Assembly (NCBI GenBank): GCA_963663805.2
Contig: CAXXMR010000013.1
Span: 463,896-527,895 of the forward strand
Reading direction: 5' to 3'
Source: Sedimentisphaerales bacterium
GTDB lineage: Bacteria; Planctomycetota; Phycisphaerae; Sedimentisphaerales; SM23-30
Length of the DNA stretch: 64,000 nt
Numbering within the stretch: position 1 is the stretch's first letter; each line of letters begins with the position of its first letter. A program made the translations under genes and the position numbers. Positions 40,115 through 50,433 of this stretch are shown piece by piece. The notes beneath the pieces are model-generated. The model had not been told where the DNA came from and ran no database searches. It was given only the letters and a program-made list of their open reading frames with translations.

Positions 40115-40825
40115 ATGAACGATAAACTTAATTTTTTGCCGGCTGATTATCTGGAGCGTAAATCTCAGCAGCAGACAAACATTTTTTGTCTGTTTTTGTT
40201 TGTGCTGGTTATAGGTGGGGTCGGGGCTGGTTATTACTATACTCAGGGTCAGGTCAAGGCGATGAGCGTAAAGACTCAGGCGGTCAACAAGGAGATGGCC
40301 CGGGCCAGTGAAACACTCAATCAGCTGGAGTTATTGGAAAAACGCAAGGAACAGATGATGAGCAAGGCTGCTATAAGTGCGATGCTGATGGAGCCGGTGC
40401 CGCGAACTCTGCTGCTGGCGTTAATGACGAATGAACTTCCGGCGGGAGTATCGCTGACGAAATACACATTGGAGACCAACGAAGTGGTGGTCAAAAATCC
40501 TCGGGTGGAGGCCCTGAAAAAGAAAAAGAAACTGAATAAAAAAGAAAAAGAAGAACTCGATCAGTTGAGCATGGTGCCCAATCGTCTGGATACCAGCATT
40601 GAGATAACGGGTTTGGCGCGTACGGACCTGGAGGTTGCTCAGTTGATTGACGGTTTGAGTAAGGCCTCTCTGTTTGACAAGGTTGATTTAAATTACTCCG
40701 AGGAGCATGAATTTGAAAATCAGATAATGCGTCGCTATCAACTGCGTTTGAAGCTTCATCCGGAAGCGCGGGCCAGCCATAGTGATGTAGAGATGGCCCG
40801 GCGGTCGCATGTAAGCGGTATGTAA
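40115..40825 (+). CDS. pilN: Type IV pilus assembly protein PilN
   Basis: LNFLP motif, TM, coiled coil, LP.GV.L, ITGLA. Confidence 0.85.
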   Translation: MNDKLNFLPADYLERKSQQQTNIFCLFLFVLVIGGVGAGYYYTQGQVKAMSVKTQAVNKEMARASETLNQLELLEKRKEQMMSKAAISAMLMEPVPRTLLLALMTNELPAGVSLTKYTLETNEVVVKNPRVEALKKKKKLNKKEKEELDQLSMVPNRLDTSIEITGLARTDLEVAQLIDGLSKASLFDKVDLNYSEEHEFENQIMRRYQLRLKLHPEARASHSDVEMARRSHVSGM

Positions 40826-40864
40826 AAGAACATTGATAAATGTCCAAATATAAGTGAGACATAT

Positions 40865-41413
40865 ATGAAATTTGGTTCAAAAGAATTGCTGTTCATAGTT
40901 CTGTTAGCGGGTATTCCGGTAGGTGGGTATTTCTGGGTTTATAAACCGGCTCAGGAAAATATTAAATATCAGCAGGAGGATATTCAGAACAAACGGGTCA
41001 AGCTGGATAATCTTCAGGTCGCCATGGCGGGCATTGAGGATCTGGACTCGGAAGTTGAGACTCTGTCAGAAGCGGTGAATTTTTTCGAGAGCAAGCTGCC
41101 GGGCCAACATGAGGTTCATAAAATTCTCGAACAAGTTACCCGTATCGCTGACGCTCATAATCTGGAGACTCGTCTATTCAAGACAATGAAGGTCAAGCCG
41201 CTGGCTCAATATTGCGAGCAGCCGATTAAAATGGAAGTTTACGGCGATTTTGACAGTTATTATCAGTTTCTGCTGGATATTGAACGTCTGCCGCGCATCA
41301 CGAAGATTCGCGAAATGAAGCTGGAGAAGGACACCAAGAACGAGGGGGCCATGAACGCTACTTTTGTGCTGAGTATTTTCTTTGATAATCAAACGAGCGG
41401 TCAGCAGGTCTGA
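40865..41413 (+). CDS. pilO: Type IV pilus assembly protein PilO
   Basis: TM, coiled coil, LP...E, G.F..Y.F..IE.LPRI. Confidence 0.88.
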   Translation: MKFGSKELLFIVLLAGIPVGGYFWVYKPAQENIKYQQEDIQNKRVKLDNLQVAMAGIEDLDSEVETLSEAVNFFESKLPGQHEVHKILEQVTRIADAHNLETRLFKTMKVKPLAQYCEQPIKMEVYGDFDSYYQFLLDIERLPRITKIREMKLEKDTKNEGAMNATFVLSIFFDNQTSGQQV

Positions 41414-41439
41414 GAACGCTAATAAGTGGAGAAATTATT

Positions 41440-42108
41440 TTGAACGATATAAACAATATGCTAAACGGAATGGGTCAGGGTTCCGCGGACCAAACGTCCG
41501 GCGTGTCGGTTAACCCGATGGCTAATCTTGACATGAACAGCAGTCAATTCTGCGTGGCGGCGGAAAAGCCCAAAAATCATACCGGCATGATTCTGCTGGC
41601 AACGTGCGTGGCGGCGGTCGGGGTGGTGTATGTGCTGGGCCTGAGCCAGAAGCCCAAAGAAGATTCAGCGGAAGTGTCGGCGTATGAGACGCAGGTTGAC
41701 ACGGCGTTAGCGAAGCTGGTGGATAAGCAAAAAAACTCTGATACGCAAGAGCTTATCAGTGACGCGGGGAAAATGGTGGAAATGTTCTATCAGTTTCCGG
41801 TAGCTCAGCAGGTTGAGGTTGACAAACTTCAGAAAAACCCATTCTCGCTGACCACCAAGGCTGAAGCGAAACTTGCGGCGATACAGGCGGCCAAGCCACG
41901 TCAGCAGATAGAAAAAGAGCTTACCCATCAGGCAAGCACTTTTCACCTGCAATCGATTCTGGATAAGCCGACCGGGGCAAAATGTCTGATTAACGGTGAA
42001 GTTTTCGGCGAAGGCAGCAAGGTGAACAAACAGTTTGAGGTCAAGACCATCGAACGCGACAAGGTGATTTTGATTGCCGAAGATATGGAATTCGTATTGC
42101 GGATATAA
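41440..42108 (+). CDS. PilP/GspC-like inner-membrane protein
   Basis: Follows pilO; TM, NPF, LQSI...A.CLING beta domain. Confidence 0.6.
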   Translation: MNDINNMLNGMGQGSADQTSGVSVNPMANLDMNSSQFCVAAEKPKNHTGMILLATCVAAVGVVYVLGLSQKPKEDSAEVSAYETQVDTALAKLVDKQKNSDTQELISDAGKMVEMFYQFPVAQQVEVDKLQKNPFSLTTKAEAKLAAIQAAKPRQQIEKELTHQASTFHLQSILDKPTGAKCLINGEVFGEGSKVNKQFEVKTIERDKVILIAEDMEFVLRI

Positions 42109-42112
42109 TAAA

Positions 42113-43924
42113 GTGAATAACAAACTATCAAACAGCTGGGGGATTGGCAATAAGGTCAACGCTGATTCTGACGGGCATGTCAGTAATCTTCAGGAACTCT
42201 GGCATCCGGATGAGCAGAGCGAATCTGCGGTGGTTTTGACGCTGGAAGATCGCATCTGTCAGCGGGCGAATCTGAGTTATCAGCAACTGGAACAGGCGCG
42301 GGCTGAGCATGAGAAAGCTCCGCGTAAGCGGCTGGGTCAGATTCTGCTGGATATGGGTCTGGTTCAGGAAGAAGATTTGCTGGCGTGTCTGGCGGAGCAG
42401 TACGGGCTGCCGTTTATCCGGCTGGAACGCAGTCAGGTGAACGTTCAGGCGTTGGAAAATCTGGACCGTAATTTCGCGGCAAGCAAAAATGTTTTGCCGT
42501 TCGGGATGGAAGGCCAAAGCGTCAAGGTCGCGATTGCCGACCCGACGAATATTTTTCTGATTGACGAAATCAAACGGAAAATCAAGTATCCGGTGAGTAT
42601 TTATGTTTGCCCGTCGGTGGACCTTCAAAATATTCTGGCGGAGTTTGGCGACAATAGTGCCAATTATCAGGTTGATGACTTCATTGAGGATGTCGATGCC
42701 AGCGATGTTGAGCTGATTGATACTACTGAAGAAGATATTGCCGACCTGGAAAAAGCCGCCGGCGATTCGCCCATCATCAAGTTTGTTAATTACATCATGG
42801 TCAAGGCCATCAGCGAAGGCGCTTCGGATTTACATATCGAGCCGCAGGAAAAAAAGATGCGGGTACGCTGTCGTATTGACGGCATTCTGTTTGAGATGAT
42901 TACGCCGCCTCAGCATATGCACTCGGCGGTGGTTTCGCGTATCAAAATCATGGCTAATCTGGATATTTCCGAACGTCGTCTGCCGCAGGACGGTCGAATT
43001 TGTGTGATGATTCATGGTCGCAACGTGGATATGCGTGTATCGACGCTGCCGACATCGTTTGGCGAAAAGGTGGTTATTCGGGTACTCGACGTGGGGCGAA
43101 CTCAGTTATCGCTGTCTGACCTGGGTCTGGCAGACGACACTTTGACAATTCTGGACAATCAGGTTCATCGTCCGCACGGTATTGTGCTGGTGACCGGCCC
43201 GACCGGTTCGGGTAAGAGTACCACGCTTTATGGCGCGTTGCGGACCATGGACCTGGAAAAACAGAATATTTCTACTGTAGAAGACCCTGTTGAATATCAG
43301 CTCGACGGTGTGACTCAGGTGCAGGTACATGAGCGTATCGGCATGACATTTTCCGCGGCGTTGCGTTCGCTGCTGCGTCAGGACCCGGATGTGATCATGG
43401 TGGGTGAGATTCGCGACGGCGAAACCGCGAAAATTGCGATTCAGGCATCTTTGACAGGCCATTTGGTGCTTTCCACTTTGCATACCAACGATGCGCCGAG
43501 CAGTATTACACGTCTGATAAATATCGGGGTTGAATCTTATCTTATCGCGGCATCTTTGAACGCGGTACTGGCTCAGCGTTTGGCTCGTAAGATTTGCCGG
43601 CACTGCAAAGTGCCTTATGAACCTTCGGCGGAACATGCCGGTTTTATGAAACTTTATGGTTTTACCAGCGATAATATGTCGCGAGGGGTGGGCTGTGAAG
43701 TTTGCCGGAATACTGGTTATCAGGGGCGGGTCGGTCTTTATGAACTGCTGGCAATTGACGACACTTATCGTGATATTATCACGAAAAATCCTACCGTAAC
43801 GGAACTTCGCCGCATCTGCAAAGAACGCGGTATGGTCAGCCTGCGTGACGACGGCTTCCGTAAAGTCCAGGCCCAGTTGACTACCATTGAGGAGGTCATG
43901 CGTGTAACTGAGGCGACAGTATAA
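42113..43924 (+). CDS. pilB: PilB/GspE assembly ATPase (start uncertain)
   Basis: RLGQILL..G (MshEN-like), ASDLHIEP, GPTGSGKSTT, LRQDPD, TGHLV.STLH, CxxC..CxxC. Confidence 0.93.
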   Translation: MNNKLSNSWGIGNKVNADSDGHVSNLQELWHPDEQSESAVVLTLEDRICQRANLSYQQLEQARAEHEKAPRKRLGQILLDMGLVQEEDLLACLAEQYGLPFIRLERSQVNVQALENLDRNFAASKNVLPFGMEGQSVKVAIADPTNIFLIDEIKRKIKYPVSIYVCPSVDLQNILAEFGDNSANYQVDDFIEDVDASDVELIDTTEEDIADLEKAAGDSPIIKFVNYIMVKAISEGASDLHIEPQEKKMRVRCRIDGILFEMITPPQHMHSAVVSRIKIMANLDISERRLPQDGRICVMIHGRNVDMRVSTLPTSFGEKVVIRVLDVGRTQLSLSDLGLADDTLTILDNQVHRPHGIVLVTGPTGSGKSTTLYGALRTMDLEKQNISTVEDPVEYQLDGVTQVQVHERIGMTFSAALRSLLRQDPDVIMVGEIRDGETAKIAIQASLTGHLVLSTLHTNDAPSSITRLINIGVESYLIAASLNAVLAQRLARKICRHCKVPYEPSAEHAGFMKLYGFTSDNMSRGVGCEVCRNTGYQGRVGLYELLAIDDTYRDIITKNPTVTELRRICKERGMVSLRDDGFRKVQAQLTTIEEVMRVTEATV

Positions 43925-43962
43925 AAATCAGCCCGCGGCTGAATAATAAACGGAGAACTGCA

Positions 43963-45021
43963 ATGTCGGTTTTACAGGAATTATTGACTCTGGCGATAGA
44001 ATGCGGGGCGTCTGACGTGCATATCATGGTTGGGTCACGGCCTTTGATACGTATGCACACGATAATGAAGGAGACGGACTTTGGACCGGTAACTTCTCAG
44101 GCGGCTGAAGAAATGGTACGGGAGATGGTTTCCGAGCATCGGTTCAATGAATTTCTGACGAGGCGGGACGCTGACTTTTCGGCGGAAGTGTCTGGCAAGG
44201 GGCGTTTTCGTGTCAATGCCCATTTTCAGCGGGGCACCATCGCGATTGCCTTCCGGGCGATTCAGGAAAAAGTGCCCGAACTGAGCAAACTCAATCTGCC
44301 CGAGGCGGTGACTAAGCTTACCGATTTAGCCCGCGGGCTGGTGCTGGTAACGGGTGATACCGGTTCGGGTAAGAGTACGACGATGGCCAGCATGATTAAC
44401 AACATGAACAAAAAGTATCAGAAGCATATTATTACGCTGGAAGACCCGGTTGAGTATGTGCTGACCAGTGACAAATGCGCCATTGAACAGCGAGAAATTG
44501 GCGAAGACTGTCCTACTTTTTCGTCGGGGCTGCGTCATGCGTTACGTCAGGACCCGGATGTGATTCTGGTGGGCGAAATGCGCGATTTGGAGACTACCTC
44601 GGCGGCGATTACCTCGGCGGAGACCGGTCATTTGGTTTTAAGTACGCTGCATACGATGAACGCTTCGCAGACGATTGAGCGTATTATTGATATTTATCCG
44701 GAAGGTCAGCAGAATCAGGTACGGTCGATGCTGGCCAATACTCTTCAGGCTGTTATCAGTCAGGTGCTGTTCAAACGTGAGGACCAGCCAGGCATGATTC
44801 CCGCGGTTGAGATGATGCTTTGTACGCCAGCGGTGCGAAACTGTATTCGTGAAAACCGCATTTTCGAAATTCCCAACGTAATCGAAACTTCGCGCGGGCT
44901 GGGTATGCAGACGCTGGATTATTGCATCGCTCAGCTTTGCTATAACGGCCATATATCACGCGAAGACGCGTTAGCACACGCATCGTATCCGGACAAACTG
45001 GCCCGGGCACTTTGTGCGTAA
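43963..45021 (+). CDS. pilT: Pilus retraction ATPase
   Basis: ASDVH, RFRVN, GDTGSGKSTT, LRQDPD, AETGHLV, AVRNCIRE, GMQTLD. Confidence 0.93.
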   Translation: MSVLQELLTLAIECGASDVHIMVGSRPLIRMHTIMKETDFGPVTSQAAEEMVREMVSEHRFNEFLTRRDADFSAEVSGKGRFRVNAHFQRGTIAIAFRAIQEKVPELSKLNLPEAVTKLTDLARGLVLVTGDTGSGKSTTMASMINNMNKKYQKHIITLEDPVEYVLTSDKCAIEQREIGEDCPTFSSGLRHALRQDPDVILVGEMRDLETTSAAITSAETGHLVLSTLHTMNASQTIERIIDIYPEGQQNQVRSMLANTLQAVISQVLFKREDQPGMIPAVEMMLCTPAVRNCIRENRIFEIPNVIETSRGLGMQTLDYCIAQLCYNGHISREDALAHASYPDKLARALCA

Positions 45022-45093
45022 AGAATGATTAGCGGAGATAAAAAGAATAAGCGTCCTCAAACGTAATCGAGGATGATTTTAGGGAAAGGTTTT

Positions 45094-46320
45094 ATGCCTA
45101 ATTATATATACGAACTTCGAGAGCAAACCGGCAGTGTCATCAGCGGTGTGGTCGCGGCGGATTCTTCTGCGGCGGCGATGCAGATGCTGCGTGGGCAGGG
45201 GGGGTATATTCTGGCGTTGAACGAGGCCCGGTCCCGGTCGGGTGGGTCGTTGAGCGGTTTGCTTTCATTTAAGATTCAGTTCGGCCCTTCGGCAAAGGAT
45301 GTGTTGAATTTTACCAGTCAGTTATCGGTTATGATTAAGGCCGGTATCAGTCTGCGGGCGGCACTGGACGGGATTGTGGACCAGACGGAAAATGAAAAAT
45401 TTCGCGATATGCTGCGTAAAATACGTCACGACGTAGAAAGCGGTAAATCGTTCTCCGAAGCTCTGGCCCAATATCCGAAGGTTTTCAGTCCGTTGTATAT
45501 CAACATGGTACGGGCCTCGGAGTTATCCGGTTCGTTCGGTGCGATGCTGACCAGGGTTGCCCAATATCTCGGTCAGCAGATTGAAACACGGGCCCAGGTT
45601 CGCAGTGCCATGATTTATCCAATCATTATCGCGGTAATGGCGGTGGCAACTACGGTTTTCCTGCTGACATTTGTATTGCCGAAATTTGTGGTGATTTTCG
45701 AAGGTAAGGAAGCGGCCCTGCCTATGCCGACCAAGGTAATTCTCGCGGCGAGCAACGTTTTTCGCACCTACTGGTACGTGATTCTGGGCGGTGTCGCCGG
45801 CGGCGGCTGGACATTTTTATGGTTCATCAATACGGATTTCGGCCGGGAGATGTGGGACCGGGCCAAGCTGCGTATGCCCATATTCAAAAAACTGTGCCGC
45901 AGTCTCTATATTTCCCGTTCGCTGCATACGATGGGCGAACTGGTCAATGCCGGCGTGCCGATGCTGGATACGATTAGTATCACGGGGCAGATTTCCGGTA
46001 ATTCAGTGTTCCAGAAGATGTGGCGGCAGGTTTTCGAAGCTGTCAAGCAGGGCAAGAAAATCTCTACTCCCCTATCACAGAGCCGACTACTGCCCAAAAG
46101 CGTTATCCAGATGATTGGCAGCGGCGAGGAAAGCGGTAAACTTGCCGAAGTTCTCAGCGATGTAAGTGAATATTACCAGAAAGAGCTCAAGAACGTTATC
46201 CGCACGGTAACCGCCATGATCGAGCCGCTGATGATTGTGATTATGGGTTTTATCGTCGGTTTCATCGCCATGAGTATCATCCTGCCGGTGTTCAAGCTCT
46301 CGACCCTGGTGAAAGGATAA
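45094..46320 (+). CDS. pilC: PilC/GspF platform protein
   Basis: FT.QL..M..AG, SAMIYP, GEESG.L, IEP. Confidence 0.93.
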   Translation: MPNYIYELREQTGSVISGVVAADSSAAAMQMLRGQGGYILALNEARSRSGGSLSGLLSFKIQFGPSAKDVLNFTSQLSVMIKAGISLRAALDGIVDQTENEKFRDMLRKIRHDVESGKSFSEALAQYPKVFSPLYINMVRASELSGSFGAMLTRVAQYLGQQIETRAQVRSAMIYPIIIAVMAVATTVFLLTFVLPKFVVIFEGKEAALPMPTKVILAASNVFRTYWYVILGGVAGGGWTFLWFINTDFGREMWDRAKLRMPIFKKLCRSLYISRSLHTMGELVNAGVPMLDTISITGQISGNSVFQKMWRQVFEAVKQGKKISTPLSQSRLLPKSVIQMIGSGEESGKLAEVLSDVSEYYQKELKNVIRTVTAMIEPLMIVIMGFIVGFIAMSIILPVFKLSTLVKG

Positions 46321-46325
46321 GGACC

Positions 46326-46766
46326 ATGCACACCGCAAAGTATCGTCAAAAGCGGAGAAAACAGCGTGGTTTTACGCTTATCGAAGTCACCCTGGCAATT
46401 GTGATTGTCGGTGTGGCGGTGGTGTCGATGCTGATGCTCTTTGCCGCGGAGACACAGGTTAATCAGTTCAGCAACCAGATGTCTAGCGGCGTTTTTCTGG
46501 CTGAACAAATGCAGGCCCTGACCGACCAGGTTAAATTCAGCAACCTGACGGCCATGGATGGTTTGTATTATGACCACGCTATCGACGCCCAGGGCAATGG
46601 GCTGGCGGGCCTGGAAAACTTTGAACAGCAACTCCAGGTCAAACCGGTGAACCCGACCGACCTGACCATATATGTAGGGCCTGACCCGCAGGCCATGATG
46701 CTGACCGCGATTGTGAATCATCGAGGTACTGAAGTGCTTCGGATAAGCTGGCTGCGGTCAAAATAG
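46326..46766 (+). CDS. PilV/GspI-like minor pilin
   Basis: QRGFTLIEV. Confidence 0.8.
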   Translation: MHTAKYRQKRRKQRGFTLIEVTLAIVIVGVAVVSMLMLFAAETQVNQFSNQMSSGVFLAEQMQALTDQVKFSNLTAMDGLYYDHAIDAQGNGLAGLENFEQQLQVKPVNPTDLTIYVGPDPQAMMLTAIVNHRGTEVLRISWLRSK

Positions 46767-46856
46767 AAAAACAAAATTACTCGCTGCCCGACAAGTGAGA
46801 CGCAGAGCCGTTTTTAATTCAGCGTAAATTTCGCGAATTGAGTATTGGTGAGTAAT

Positions 46857-48515
46857 ATGGCAAAAAGAACAAATAAGAGAAAGAATCGGGCTTTTACTTC
46901 GGTGATGGCCATGATGTTTGTAACTCTGTTTACGATTCTGGCAATTTCGCTGGCGGCAATGAGTACAACCAATGTCCAGATGGCTCAGAATCATTACGGC
47001 ATGGCCCAGGCCCAGGTCGCCGCGGAATCCGGCTTGCAGTACGCGATGCTGCTTATCGAGGATTACGACCCGCCGGCAGCGGCCTGGTCGCCGCGTAATA
47101 CGGTTACCCAAACCGAAGCGGAAGATACCTTCGGCTATTTCGTTAGCCATGTCCAAACTTTTCTGGCGGACTCCCCTCTGTTAAATGGTGCCGGCACAAG
47201 CTATGACAGCTGCACCCAAACCCTTCAAGTGCCCGCGACCGGGAACATTTCACTTAATGGCAACAATAATGGTTTTTCACTGCTGTTTGAGTTTATCCCC
47301 GGCACCGGTTCCGACCCGCATATCATAACCGTTACCAGTACGGGAAATAATGGTAATATTGAACGGGGAGTTCAAATAACCTTCCCGATTCGTAAAAATT
47401 CCGAGATACTCGAATACGCTATCGCCAGTCGCGGGCGTATGTGGATTACGGGTGATTCCACGATTGAAGGCGACGTGTTCAGTTCGTGGGACAGGCCTGA
47501 AATTTCGCCTTACAATATGACTGCCGACTCAAAGGTACTCGGTACGGTCAATACGGTGCTTTCGCGTGAAAACATCGAAGACTACCATTACGGCTATGAC
47601 AGTTATCAGATGGAAACGCTCGATGCAGATGGTAATCCGATTTATGATGAAGACGGCGACCGGGTTGTCAGTCCCGAAGATGAATTGCAGGGCGAGCATG
47701 AGGGGGTCAATTATGACCAGCCCTACGAAAATATGCCCGGTATGGATATATCTGACTATGACACGGACGATTATAATAACAGCCTGACCACGATACCGTC
47801 ATCAAGCCAGACTGAAGTCGAGTTTTTTCCTCATAAGCCCGGCTATTACGATTACCCCAAAACAGGTACGCCTACCAGCACCTCGTGCAGAAAGCTATAT
47901 CGCCATGTCTACGAAAACCAGACCTTCACCGATACCCTCCTGCCGGACAACCGCAACGCCCTGTTCAGAAACTGTACGTTCAACGGGAAATTCTACGTGG
48001 ACTGTTATAAAAGTGGTTCGACCGGCTATAATAATGTCCGCTTTGAGGACTGCACCTTTAATGGACCTATTATCACTGATGTCCCCCAGATATTCAAATG
48101 GATGTATAACACCCTGTATTTCACCGGTACCGCTGACTTCAACAACACTGACATGGCAGAAGCAACCATCCTCGCCCCTCACTTCAATGTCAATCTGGGA
48201 AATACCGCTGAGGTTGAGGTCGGCGGAGGAAGTGAACTGACCGGCGCGATTGTCGGCGGCATTGTCGATGTACGCGGTAACGCCAGCATTAAAGGTACGA
48301 TTATTTCCATGTGCGACACCACCCAGTGGAGCAGTGGTTACGTAACCAATATCGGGTTCGCCAGTGACGGCGGCAGTGAGTCCAGCGCTCTGGACCCGGA
48401 AGACGATGTCGGTGTCATTACCATTAACCCCGATCCCGAAAAAATGCTGCCCAGCGGCATCAAGACCCCGATAGTTATCGGTGACGCTTACGGCAATACT
48501 TATGTGGAGCTTTGA
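46857..48515 (+). CDS. PilX/GspK-like pilin with large C-terminal domain
   Basis: RAFTSVMAM (no Glu+5), A..AAESGL, ITVTSTG; Asp-rich C-terminus. Confidence 0.78.
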   Translation: MAKRTNKRKNRAFTSVMAMMFVTLFTILAISLAAMSTTNVQMAQNHYGMAQAQVAAESGLQYAMLLIEDYDPPAAAWSPRNTVTQTEAEDTFGYFVSHVQTFLADSPLLNGAGTSYDSCTQTLQVPATGNISLNGNNNGFSLLFEFIPGTGSDPHIITVTSTGNNGNIERGVQITFPIRKNSEILEYAIASRGRMWITGDSTIEGDVFSSWDRPEISPYNMTADSKVLGTVNTVLSRENIEDYHYGYDSYQMETLDADGNPIYDEDGDRVVSPEDELQGEHEGVNYDQPYENMPGMDISDYDTDDYNNSLTTIPSSSQTEVEFFPHKPGYYDYPKTGTPTSTSCRKLYRHVYENQTFTDTLLPDNRNALFRNCTFNGKFYVDCYKSGSTGYNNVRFEDCTFNGPIITDVPQIFKWMYNTLYFTGTADFNNTDMAEATILAPHFNVNLGNTAEVEVGGGSELTGAIVGGIVDVRGNASIKGTIISMCDTTQWSSGYVTNIGFASDGGSESSALDPEDDVGVITINPDPEKMLPSGIKTPIVIGDAYGNTYVEL

Positions 48516-48519
48516 AAAA

Positions 48520-49077
48520 GTGAAACCTGACGTTCGGACAATCAGAAAACACCGCCGGGCGGGCATGTCGATTGTGGAGATACTAATCTCGCTTAGTATC
48601 GCGGCCCTACTGCTGACGGCAACCGCGGCGGCTTTCGATGCAGCCTTCGAGAGTTATCAGATTAACAATGACCTCACGCTGGTCAGCACTTCCTCGCGTA
48701 ACGCTCTGCACCAGATATGCGCGACCATCCGCTCGGCCTGGAACGACCCTGATGTCGCCCTGATAAGCGCCAGCACCGACGGTACGGAACTATCACTAAC
48801 CGATGCCAACGGCCGGGACATTATCTATCGCTATGACGCCAACACATCTCAGTTGCAGGTCAACATAAACGCCGACTCAAACTGGTACGTAATGGTAGAT
48901 AACGTATCGGCTATCGCTGCCGGCGAAAAGGTATTTACCACAATCGCACCTGCCAGCTCACACTTCGACTTCGGCACTGTGGGCAAGGTTATCATCCGCT
49001 TTTGTATCCAGCAGGGAGATTTTACCCAGCCGGTCTCAGCAGGGGTCGTACCGAGAAATATTGTCTATGAACGGTAA
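48520..49077 (+). CDS. PilW/GspJ-like minor pilin
   Basis: RAGMSIVEILISL; GTG start after GGAG. Confidence 0.78.
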   Translation: MKPDVRTIRKHRRAGMSIVEILISLSIAALLLTATAAAFDAAFESYQINNDLTLVSTSSRNALHQICATIRSAWNDPDVALISASTDGTELSLTDANGRDIIYRYDANTSQLQVNINADSNWYVMVDNVSAIAAGEKVFTTIAPASSHFDFGTVGKVIIRFCIQQGDFTQPVSAGVVPRNIVYER

Positions 49078-49318
49078 CTCCCCCTTACCGACACAATATA
49101 TCTCCTTAAAATCTCAAAATCGTCGCTTCCGCGATTGAATGCGTTGCAATCACTCTGCCATACCGCTTTCAATTGCGAATGAAACGACGGTTTTTTGTAA
49201 GCCAACACAATCCCCCTCAAAAAAGTATTATTACCTGATTTTGAAATAGCATTTAGCAAAAATTATGGTATTTTATATGAGAATTGTTTTTGCACTTTTT
49301 GCGAGTTATTTAGCCTAA

Positions 49319-50182
49319 ATGGATCATCCGTTTTTATACTACTTTTTAGATGGCACAGTATTTTACGCTGGCATACTACTAGTACTGACTGGCGGATTGG
49401 GTTTAGCATGTATGCCAGGACGAGCGGCCAGATTTATTCTGTCGAGCCTAATCATTTTGGGATTGATACTAGCGGTTATATCAGCTACCCCCCTGCCGCT
49501 ATGGCTCTATCTGATTTGGAGTGGCTATATCCTGACAGCACTTATGCTGCTCAACAGGACAAAAACCGCAAAACGTTCAAAAGCAATAATTAGTATTGTG
49601 GCAGGAACAATTACAGCGGCATTGGGCCTTTATGAGATTTCTTTTGCGAGAATACCTAACGTAATAATCGAAGAAGAACAAACTATCTATGTCCTGGGCG
49701 ATTCTGTAAGTGCCGGAATGGGAAATATCGAGCAATGCTGGCCGTCAATATTCGCGGAAATAACCGATACCAGGGTGGTCAATCTGGCCCAAGCCGGTGC
49801 TAAAGTTGACGAAGCCATCAAACAAGCTCAGGAAATTAATAAATCACATGCTCTGGTAATCGTGGAAATCGGCGGCAATGATTTACTGAGTAAAACAGAC
49901 GCGAATATATTCGACCATGAATTTAAACAGTTGATATCCTCTCTGGCAAGCGATGGGCACAGAATACTGATTTTCGAACTGCCGCTTTTTCCATTCAGAA
50001 ATGCTTACGGAATAACCCAACGACAAACCGTAAGTAAATACAACACAGCAATGCTGCCCAAACGCATATTTGCCGGAGTATTACGAACACAAGGCGCAAC
50101 GCTGGATGGAGTTCATTTGTCGCAAAAAGGACACCGTCTAATGGCCGAAACCATAGCCGAAGTAATACACGCTGCCAATTAA
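49319..50182 (+). CDS. Membrane-bound SGNH/GDSL hydrolase
   Basis: N-terminal TMs, LGDSVS, G, GGND, DGVH. Confidence 0.88.
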   Translation: MDHPFLYYFLDGTVFYAGILLVLTGGLGLACMPGRAARFILSSLIILGLILAVISATPLPLWLYLIWSGYILTALMLLNRTKTAKRSKAIISIVAGTITAALGLYEISFARIPNVIIEEEQTIYVLGDSVSAGMGNIEQCWPSIFAEITDTRVVNLAQAGAKVDEAIKQAQEINKSHALVIVEIGGNDLLSKTDANIFDHEFKQLISSLASDGHRILIFELPLFPFRNAYGITQRQTVSKYNTAMLPKRIFAGVLRTQGATLDGVHLSQKGHRLMAETIAEVIHAAN

Positions 50183-50215
50183 ACCGGATTTCAAAGTGCT
50201 TTTTCAATTCAATTG

Positions 50216-50232
50216 TCTGCCATAATGGCAGA
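50216..50232. promoter_or_regulatory. Palindrome, candidate enhancer-binding-protein site
   Basis: TCTGCCAT-A-ATGGCAGA, about 115 bp upstream of the -24 box. Confidence 0.5.
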
Positions 50233-50344
50233 ATTTTGGGCGGCGGAAAATCAAGGGGGAAAATATCGGGGGCAAACCACCTCTATACATAAACCGCAAC
50301 CAAACAACCACTTACAACAAAACGTGAATCCCTTCATGTGATTT

Positions 50345-50360
50345 TGGCACAGGATTTGCA
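50345..50360 (+). promoter_or_regulatory. sigma54 -24/-12 promoter
   Basis: TGGCACAGGATTTGCA, GG-N10-GC. Confidence 0.8.
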
Positions 50361-50433
50361 AGTTAGTATTTACGGAAGGCCTGGATTGCCGGGCGAGAGA
50401 AAGTAAATGGTTATTTGATTGGAGGTGACTGAT

